Source: a virus. From it: a stretch of DNA of 64,000 nt. Shown here one piece after another: positions 57,422-64,000 of the stretch. The stretch's first letter is position 1. Each line of letters opens with the position of its first letter. The translations under genes and the position numbers were made by a program. Location of the stretch: positions 1 through 64,000 of the IMG/VR virus record IMGVR_UViG_3300047548_001509. One strand, 5' to 3'. Under the pieces are notes generated by a model. That model saw nothing but the letters and a program-made list of their open reading frames with translations, ran no database searches and had not been told where the DNA came from.

Positions 57422-59530
57422 GTGTTTAGAAACTGTTTTTATAACTCTTTTGAAAGAGAAATTGTATTATCGACTTGGGACAAAGATGGTAAGCGGGTAA
57501 AATATAACATACCCTTCGAGCCATATCTATATGTAGAAGATCCAAAAGGTGAATATAAGTCGATATTCAATACTAATTTAGCAAAGAAAACTTTTCGTAA
57601 TGGATACGAAAAGAATAAATTTTTACGGGATACTGGAATCAAACGAGTGTTTGGAAATTTCCAACCGGTTCAGCAATTTCTGATTGATACATTCTGGAGA
57701 GAAAATGAAACTAGAGAATTTTCGCAACACCCATTAAATGTATTGTTTCTAGATATTGAGACAATTTCTGAAACTGACCAAACATTCCCAAACCCAGAAG
57801 ACCCAAATCATCCCATTGTATCACTTGCATGTTACTCAACTCTGTACAAGGAGATGATGTGTTTTGGTATTGGACCATATACAGGTAATAAAGCTCATGA
57901 GTTCACATATGTGAACTGTAAATCTGAGAAAGAACTTTTCCTGCGATTTATAGAATATCTTCAGAAGGATTACCCTGATCTGATGACTGCATACAATGGA
58001 GAGATATTTGACTTTCCATATATTATTAATAGATGTACAAGAGTGTGTGGAGAAGATGTAACAAAAAAACTATCACCATTTGGTAAAATTCGAATCTCTG
58101 TTATACCTCCATCAGCTGCTTCCTTTGGTAAAGAGCGAAAGAGATATTTTATTGAAGGTATTGCTGTTGTAGATTACCTGGAGATTTACAAGAGATTTCA
58201 ATTATCACCAAGAGACTCATTCAAACTTGATAATATTGCAGAGATTGAACTCGGTGAAAATAAAGTAGATTTTGGGATGATGTCGCTAACATCATTGATG
58301 AAAGAGGACTGGAATAAGTTCATTGAGTATAACGTTCAAGACGTTAATCTTCTTGTTAGATTAGATAATAAGCTTGGGTTTGTTAACTTACTTAGAATGT
58401 TAGCATACACAGGACTTACTAATTTGGATTCTGCAATGGGTTCAATTGTGGTAAATACCGGAGCTTTTGCTATTAAGGCAAAACAGCTTGGACAAATATT
58501 ATCAACATTTGTAAGAAATGATCCAGACAGTACAAACCCCGGGGCATTCGTAGCGGAACCTCAACAAGGATTTCAAGAGCAATTCATTTATTTCGATGCA
58601 AGTTCCCTATATCCAAATACGATGATTACTCTTAATCTATCCATGGAGACAAAGGTTGGTAGACTTATCGAGAATGATAATAATGTGATATTCAGACATG
58701 TATCTGGAAAGGAATACCCGATGTCTAGAGAGAAATTTGACATGCTTTGTAATAAAGAGCAGCTTTGTATTTCTAAAAATAATATCATTTTTAGTCAAAA
58801 AAAGCGTGGAATTATACCAATGTTTCTTGAGGAGAAATATAATGAACGGATCCAAATTAGAAATAAGATGAAGGATCTAAAAAAGGAGAAACAAAAATAT
58901 AAAAAGGGAGCTACTCGGATTGATGAAATTGATAGTGAGTTGAAAATTTTAGACGCAAAACAACTATGTATAAAAATTATTATTAATTCTGCGTATGGGC
59001 TTTTAGGGAATAAGAATGCTGCTGTTGGTGATGATGATCTTGCAGCTGCAATTACTTTAACAGGTCAAGGTGTAATTAAAAAAGCCGCAAGTATCTACAG
59101 CAATTATCTCAAGTTAAATGGAGTTAATATGTCCGACGAACAATGCCGTATCACCGGAGATACTGATAGCTACTCTGGTGATACACTAATTAAAACTAAT
59201 AAAGGGTTATTTGATGCTGCATCTCTGTGGGATCAATATAATATTTCTAGAAAAGTAGAAACACAAAAATCTGGGCACGAAATAATCGATGTTTTTGATT
59301 TAGATTTACAGGTTGATACATATGAACATACCACAGGTAATGTTAAAAAGGTCAAGATAAAGAATCTTATTCGACATAAGGTGAGTAAGCGCAGATTTAA
59401 GATTAAAGCCGGTGATAAAGAAATTATAATGACGGAGGACCATGGTTGTATGGTGGTGAGAGATGGTAATTTGATAGAAGTTAGACCATATGATATTTTA
59501 ACAACAGATAAAATGGTATTATTGGATTAA
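57422..59530 (+). CDS. gp43: Family B DNA polymerase, N-terminal fragment ending in split-intein IntN
   Basis: Exo DIET, FDFPY, YNVQD; pol DASSLYP, KIIINSAYG, GDTD; then 120-aa IntN. Confidence 0.95.
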   Translation: MFRNCFYNSFEREIVLSTWDKDGKRVKYNIPFEPYLYVEDPKGEYKSIFNTNLAKKTFRNGYEKNKFLRDTGIKRVFGNFQPVQQFLIDTFWRENETREFSQHPLNVLFLDIETISETDQTFPNPEDPNHPIVSLACYSTLYKEMMCFGIGPYTGNKAHEFTYVNCKSEKELFLRFIEYLQKDYPDLMTAYNGEIFDFPYIINRCTRVCGEDVTKKLSPFGKIRISVIPPSAASFGKERKRYFIEGIAVVDYLEIYKRFQLSPRDSFKLDNIAEIELGENKVDFGMMSLTSLMKEDWNKFIEYNVQDVNLLVRLDNKLGFVNLLRMLAYTGLTNLDSAMGSIVVNTGAFAIKAKQLGQILSTFVRNDPDSTNPGAFVAEPQQGFQEQFIYFDASSLYPNTMITLNLSMETKVGRLIENDNNVIFRHVSGKEYPMSREKFDMLCNKEQLCISKNNIIFSQKKRGIIPMFLEEKYNERIQIRNKMKDLKKEKQKYKKGATRIDEIDSELKILDAKQLCIKIIINSAYGLLGNKNAAVGDDDLAAAITLTGQGVIKKAASIYSNYLKLNGVNMSDEQCRITGDTDSYSGDTLIKTNKGLFDAASLWDQYNISRKVETQKSGHEIIDVFDLDLQVDTYEHTTGNVKKVKIKNLIRHKVSKRRFKIKAGDKEIIMTEDHGCMVVRDGNLIEVRPYDILTTDKMVLLD
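59168..59530 (+). mobile_element. Split intein N-fragment (PolB), Ser1
   Basis: SYSGDTLI block A after GDTD; block B MTEDH. Confidence 0.9.
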
Positions 59531-59531
59531 T

Positions 59532-59739
59532 TACTGGGCATGGTAATCCTCGGTTTTTTAATGAGAATGAGATATTGAGAGGTAATGTAACTGTTAAAGA
59601 AAAAAGAGAATGGGATAAAATTAGACTAGATAAAATACATGAAATAACAGGATTTGATATATTGGTTGTATGGGAAATAGATTATAGATCAAATAGAGAC
59701 GAAGTAATAAATCAGTGTAAGAAGTTTTTATATGAGTAA
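59532..59739 (+). pseudogene. Remnant of Vsr/DUF559-like homing endonuclease
   Basis: TAC TGG G CAT GGT AAT CCT = YW(+1)HGNP..DKIRL..GFDILVVWE; no start codon. Confidence 0.75.
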
Positions 59740-60700
59740 TGTTTTACTAACAAATGTTGAAGTAGAGGAGTTAACACCTTTTGAGGATGAGTATGTATAT
59801 GATATGGAGGTTGATTCAGAAGAACATACATTTTTCGCGAATGATATATTAATACATAACTCCTGTGTGTTGAAAATGAAAGAGTTGCTAAGTCTAAAAG
59901 GTATAAAATTTCAGAATGAAGATGGTACCCTCACAAAGGAAGTATATGAAGAAGCTCAAAAAATTGAACAGTATCTTAATACAAAAATCAATGAATGGGC
60001 GAGAGCAGAACTAAAATCTAATGACCCTAGATTCTCATTTAAGAGGGAATTAATTGGATCTTGTGGGTTGTTTCTGGCCAAGAAAAGATACGTTCTTCAT
60101 ATGCTTGATGACGAAGGTATACCATGTAGTAAATACAAGTATACTGGTGTTGAGGTTGTAAGAACAACAATGCCAAAGCAAATTAAGCCGTATGCAAAGA
60201 AGATTATTGAAACAATGATTTCAACAAAGTCTAGAGCAGAAGTAGATAAAGTTGTTCAGGAGTGTTATGAGATATTCAAAACACTTCCAATTAAAGATCT
60301 TGCTTTTGTTATGGGTATTAAAGGATACAGAAAATACACAAGCAGCTTAACAGATTTTAACATCCCTTCTGGTACAGGTACACCGGTTCATGTTAAATCA
60401 GCGTATTATTATAATAAATTCCTAAAAGAGTTTAACATTGAAAACAAGTACGAAACTATTAATGATGGTGATAAGTGTAGGTTTTTTTATGTTGAACAAC
60501 CAAACAAATATAGAATTGAGTCATGTGGTTTTAAGTATGAATGGCCTGAAGAATTAAACGATATTATAAAAATTGATCATGAGAAAATGTTTAACAAAAT
60601 TCTATTCTCAATGATTGAAAGATTTTATGATTGTGTATCATGGCAAATAAGAAAACCAAGCGAAAATGTTAGAGTAGAACTAGTGGATTTGTTTGGTTAA
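59732..60700 (+). CDS. gp43: Family B DNA polymerase, C-terminal fragment preceded by split-intein IntC
   Basis: 43-aa IntC (YVYDMEV..FFANDILIHN/S), then KRE, KKRY, GVEVVRT, PVHVKS. Confidence 0.95.
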   Translation: MSNVLLTNVEVEELTPFEDEYVYDMEVDSEEHTFFANDILIHNSCVLKMKELLSLKGIKFQNEDGTLTKEVYEEAQKIEQYLNTKINEWARAELKSNDPRFSFKRELIGSCGLFLAKKRYVLHMLDDEGIPCSKYKYTGVEVVRTTMPKQIKPYAKKIIETMISTKSRAEVDKVVQECYEIFKTLPIKDLAFVMGIKGYRKYTSSLTDFNIPSGTGTPVHVKSAYYYNKFLKEFNIENKYETINDGDKCRFFYVEQPNKYRIESCGFKYEWPEELNDIIKIDHEKMFNKILFSMIERFYDCVSWQIRKPSENVRVELVDLFG

Positions 60701-60719
60701 TAAGCTATAATATTCATAT

Positions 60720-61061
60720 ATGAAAAAGAAATTAGTAACTCTAATTGATTCGGTTGGTCGCTATATTATCGGTGAGCTTAAAAGTGAAGACGAGTCGTCA
60801 ATTACTCTAAAAACACCCGTAATGCTTAATGTTCAACCTGATCCAAACACAGGTAAGCTCCATGTACAAACATATCCACTTTTCTTTAAGGAGTTCCTTG
60901 TTAAGGGTTCGGATAATCTTTGGACCTATGCAAAGTCTTCTGTTGTTATTGGAAATTTAGAACTTGATGCGCAGCTTGTGCAGCAATATAATAATATTGC
61001 AAACCCTCAAGAACTTTCTAAACCAACCGATTCTAAAGTAATTAAACTTTTTGAAGATTAA
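60720..61061 (+). CDS. Hypothetical protein (Sm-like fold candidate)
   Basis: 113-aa ORF, GRYIIGE..LKTP..QY pattern. Confidence 0.6.
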   Translation: MKKKLVTLIDSVGRYIIGELKSEDESSITLKTPVMLNVQPDPNTGKLHVQTYPLFFKEFLVKGSDNLWTYAKSSVVIGNLELDAQLVQQYNNIANPQELSKPTDSKVIKLFED

Positions 61062-61374
61062 TATGTACAGAGACCCATACAAAGATTGTACAATAAAAAA
61101 ATCTAAATTAAATCCCTTAACACCCTGTTCTTCTTGGGATGAAATAGCAGGTAGAATTGCAGTTCTTAAAGAAAATCTCTGCATAATATCTGAACTAGCA
61201 CATTTTGTTGATGAAAGAACGATACAGTATAGATCACAGGGAGTAGAAAGTGTATTACCTGAAGAGCTACCACAAAAGTATATAGATATACCAATATGCA
61301 AAACTATTCAGGAGCTGATTGATATTGCTATTCGAATAAAAGAAAAACTTAGTTATATTAACGATACTTTATAA
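61051..61374 (+). CDS. Hypothetical protein
   Basis: ORF coupled to uvsX-N. Confidence 0.5.
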   Translation: MKINMYRDPYKDCTIKKSKLNPLTPCSSWDEIAGRIAVLKENLCIISELAHFVDERTIQYRSQGVESVLPEELPQKYIDIPICKTIQELIDIAIRIKEKLSYINDTL

Positions 61375-61622
61375 TGGAAAAAGATGTATTACAAGCGCTA
61401 AGTTCAATTGACGAAGTAAATCCATACGCTTCGTTTTTGAACGAGAGTACACTATCAAATATTGATGGGTATATTGATACAGGTTCATATGTCTTAAATG
61501 CATTGATTTCTGGATCGATTCATGGTGGTATCCCTATGGGAAGGGTTACAATTTTTGGAGGCCCAAGCCAATGTATAACAGCTTCACAAAAAATAAAAGT
61601 ATATGAGATGAAAACCATGTAG
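61374..61622 (+). CDS. uvsX: RecA-like recombinase, N-terminal fragment with 16-aa IntN
   Basis: IDTGSYVLNALISGS..GRVTIFGGPSQ then CITASQKIKVYEMKTM*. Confidence 0.9.
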   Translation: MEKDVLQALSSIDEVNPYASFLNESTLSNIDGYIDTGSYVLNALISGSIHGGIPMGRVTIFGGPSQCITASQKIKVYEMKTM

Positions 61623-61838
61623 TCGCAGGACAATCCCTTTATTACTGTAGAGGAGAGTGTCAGAAAAGATACATATAAACAACAACTAGCAAACAAAAAT
61701 GGGTTTTTAGTTATAACAGTTTGGGAGAATGACAATTTAACACACAAACTTAAGGAACTGGTGGAATTAATAGAAAAACACATTATAATTAATAATGGAG
61801 ACAATTCAGAAACTAAAAGAACTACAATACTACTATAG
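61623..61838 (+). pseudogene. Remnant of Vsr/DUF559-like endonuclease
   Basis: Start-less frame NPFITVEESVRKDTYKQQLANKNGFLVITVWEND. Confidence 0.65.
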
Positions 61839-63222
61839 TATTGAAAAAATTAGTGAAATTACAAATATACATCACCAAACATTATTAAAATCTATAAAAA
61901 ACAACAGGTTTACAAAAAAACTATCACAATTGATTGATATAGCTTTTAACCATCATTGTGATAGTTTTGGGGTTTTTAAGTCTATTCCAGAAATTATGGA
62001 TACATCTGCTAAGTATGTAGTAGACACACCTGATGGTTTTCAACTAATAAAGAATTTTATAACCAAAAATGTTCAGCCATGTGTTCGACTAACAACCTCT
62101 AAAGGTGCCATGATTGAATGTTCGTCAAAGCATCTAATTGAATGTATTGGTGATGAAAGATGGGTATTTGCTGGTGATCTTAGAGAACAACAGGTAGTAA
62201 CACAACTCGGTCCTGATTTTATTACGCTTTTGGAACCGATTGAAGATCAGGTTGTATATGACTTTGAAGTAGAACACCCGGAACATCGCTATTGGAGCGG
62301 TGGGTTTAGTAATCACAATACCGGAAAATCGCTCTTTGTTCTCAAGATTCTTGCTAATGCACAGAAACGAGGTTTAATACCCGTTATATTCGATACTGAA
62401 AATGCTATTGATTCTGTTTCTGCAGAAAGAATTGGTCTTGATCCATCGAAAATTAAATACGTTCCTTGTGTTACTATTGAACAAACACGAAATGCAATTT
62501 TTAAATTTCTCAATTCTGTAAAAGAAAAAGGTTTAGAAGGGAAGTTTATTATTGCTATTGATTCATTAGGTAATTTACAATCACAACAAGAGATGTCTCG
62601 GATGGAGAAAGAATCTTCTTCAGCAGACATGGGGTCAACAGCACGTGCAATGAAATCATTGATGAAGACCCTTACAAACTTGTGTGGTCTTACAAAGACA
62701 ACTGCTATTTGTACAAATCATGTTTATGATGATCCAAGTGCAATGTTTCCGTCATTAGAGAAAAATATGCCTGGTGGTAGATCTGTTGTATATCTTCCAT
62801 CAGTTACTGTTCAGTTAGCCCGCAAACCTGTAAAAGCAGATGGTGGTAAAACTATTGATGATGAATTAGAAGCAGGTCAGAAAAATTATTCTGGTGTCGT
62901 GTTGAGAGCACTTACAGTGAAGAATAGATTTATTAGACAATATCTTGAAGGTGAGATGTACTTATCATTTACATCCGGTCTTGATAGATACTATGGTCTT
63001 TTAGATCTCTGTGTTGGTTTTGGAATCATTTTACAGACAGGATCAACATATACTCTTGCTGATGGAACAAAGCTTGGTTTCTATAAGAACTTTCGCAAGA
63101 ACGTTGATTTGTGGGAAAAAACTCTTCTTCCAGAACTTGAAAAGGTAATTAAAGAAAAGTGGGCTTATTCACAAGGTGAGCAGATCCCAGACGAAACTGA
63201 AGACGTACCAGACGAAGAATAA
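61795..63222 (+). CDS. uvsX: RecA-like recombinase, C-terminal fragment preceded by long IntC
   Basis: 175-aa leader with intein blocks (VDTPDG, CSSKH, VYDFEV, SNHN/T), then GKS, FDTE, IDSLG, NHVY, PGG, KNRF. Confidence 0.92.
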   Translation: METIQKLKELQYYYSIEKISEITNIHHQTLLKSIKNNRFTKKLSQLIDIAFNHHCDSFGVFKSIPEIMDTSAKYVVDTPDGFQLIKNFITKNVQPCVRLTTSKGAMIECSSKHLIECIGDERWVFAGDLREQQVVTQLGPDFITLLEPIEDQVVYDFEVEHPEHRYWSGGFSNHNTGKSLFVLKILANAQKRGLIPVIFDTENAIDSVSAERIGLDPSKIKYVPCVTIEQTRNAIFKFLNSVKEKGLEGKFIIAIDSLGNLQSQQEMSRMEKESSSADMGSTARAMKSLMKTLTNLCGLTKTTAICTNHVYDDPSAMFPSLEKNMPGGRSVVYLPSVTVQLARKPVKADGGKTIDDELEAGQKNYSGVVLRALTVKNRFIRQYLEGEMYLSFTSGLDRYYGLLDLCVGFGIILQTGSTYTLADGTKLGFYKNFRKNVDLWEKTLLPELEKVIKEKWAYSQGEQIPDETEDVPDEE

Positions 63223-63238
63223 ACACATAATTAAATTT

Positions 63239-63270
63239 AGGGAGGTGGTTTATATCACCTCCCTTTTTTT
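63239..63270 (+). terminator. Rho-independent terminator after uvsX
   Basis: AGGGAGGTG-loop-CACCTCCCT followed by a T run. Confidence 0.9.
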
Positions 63271-63271
63271 G

Positions 63272-63279
63272 TATAAATA
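63272..63279 (+). promoter_or_regulatory. T4-type late promoter
   Basis: TATAAATA 5 nt before ATG 63285. Confidence 0.75.
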
Positions 63280-63284
63280 TCAAT

Positions 63285-63557
63285 ATGCAAATTTTAAAGA
63301 TTTTGATGCTGGTTCTAGTGGTTGGTTGTACAACTACAAAACCACAAGGACTTCAAAGTAACTTTGTTTTTTCAAAAGCATATGTTGAATTGTCTTATAT
63401 TTCAAGAGACAAAACTGAGTTACAACAACTATTAACTATTGTGGAATCAAATGCAACACCACAAAAGAAATTTAACGAGTGGGATTCAAAATTTGATGAC
63501 AAAGTTAAGGTTGAAGTTTTGAAAAAATATATCAAAGAAGGACACAGAGGATTATGA
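63285..63557 (+). CDS. Putative lipoprotein
   Basis: Hydrophobic signal with VVG-C lipobox. Confidence 0.65.
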   Translation: MQILKILMLVLVVGCTTTKPQGLQSNFVFSKAYVELSYISRDKTELQQLLTIVESNATPQKKFNEWDSKFDDKVKVEVLKKYIKEGHRGL

Positions 63558-64000
63558 GAGTAAAATTAAAAAGTGAAAATTTCCGGTTTGTAAGACCATC
63601 TCTACCAGATAGTAGAGACATTGTTTATAAAACATCAGTGACAGCAGTATCAGAACATTCTCTAGAAGAGTTTAGAGGTCCTATATTAGACCAAGGCTCA
63701 TATGGTGCTTGTACAGGGTTTGGTACTGCAGGAATGTTAAGATCAACGTTTAAGAGACTAACAGATCTCGAAGTTGACTTTAATCCATGGTTCATTTATT
63801 ATAATGCTCGTTCTCGTTCGGGATGGCGTTATAAAGATGAAGGAGCTTACCCGCGAGAAGTGTTTAAGTCGTTGGTTAGGGATGGAGTTATTGAAGATTC
63901 GAAGTGGAACCCACAAAATAAAATTAAGGAAGATCCTCCTAAATTTAGCGATGCTGATTTAATTAAGTTTAAGTCATATAAGAGATTTGAGCTTAAAAAC
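63554..64000 (+). CDS. Papain-like C1 cysteine peptidase (partial, runs off window; absent from ORF track)
   Basis: MRVKLK..PDSRD..ILDQGSYGACTGF..FIYYNAR..DEGA. Confidence 0.85.
   Translation, partial: MRVKLKSENFRFVRPSLPDSRDIVYKTSVTAVSEHSLEEFRGPILDQGSYGACTGFGTAGMLRSTFKRLTDLEVDFNPWFIYYNARSRSGWRYKDEGAYPREVFKSLVRDGVIEDSKWNPQNKIKEDPPKFSDADLIKFKSYKRFELKN

Noticed and set aside
59531-59731. Polymerase split as an assembly error or pseudogene
   Set aside because: Complete IntN and IntC motifs flank the gap, and splicing restores the GDTDS motif exactly.
61620-61838. TAG readthrough or stop-codon reassignment joining the uvsX halves
   Set aside because: The frame after the TAG is a nuclease remnant and is out of frame with uvsX-C. 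Conserved genes (uvsW, gp46) end properly at TAG, and other genes are intact in the standard code.
708-63962. Many 60-130 aa ORFs antisense to or nested in recognised genes (e.g. 708..953, 23128..23514, 40646..40966, 60957..61301, 63774..63962)
   Set aside because: Shadow ORFs with no motifs or expression signals.
1-64000. tRNA, rRNA or CRISPR arrays
   Set aside because: None recognised by eye; intergenic gaps are short. A tRNAscan/Infernal run would be needed to exclude them formally.

Overview
This is a 64-kb slice of a large, AT-rich T4-like (myovirus) phage genome read in the standard genetic code. It carries head and tail genes (gp22 tail end, gp23, gp20, gp15, a two-ORF gp5) and the replication/recombination core (uvsY, uvsW, gp55, gp47, gp46, gp43, uvsX, gp62). 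Nucleotide-metabolism genes include nrdA, an nrdB lacking the radical tyrosine (class Ic-like), guaC, a purine PRTase and two P-loop kinases, and there is a 7.4-kb glycosyltransferase cluster. Main points of interest: (1) a 7-deazaguanine DNA-modification pathway (folE, two queD, queE, queF, dpdA-like) whose dpdA-GNAT-kinase-queF run suggests an N-acetylated preQ1 base that I do not know to be described; (2) three essential genes (nrdA, DNA polymerase, uvsX) each fractured by a split intein, with one intact and two decayed endonuclease genes in the gaps; (3) a DUF1549/DUF1553 + DUF1501 secreted pair typical of Planctomycetes/Verrucomicrobia, pointing to a PVC host; (4) a block of enzymes with capsid-targeting-like N-termini; (5) a recurring promoter layout (-35, 16-nt spacer, -10; or late TAAATA) placed about 5-7 nt before start codons, implying leaderless mRNAs. 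All family assignments come from motif recognition by eye; no searches were run. I saw no tRNA, rRNA or CRISPR array.
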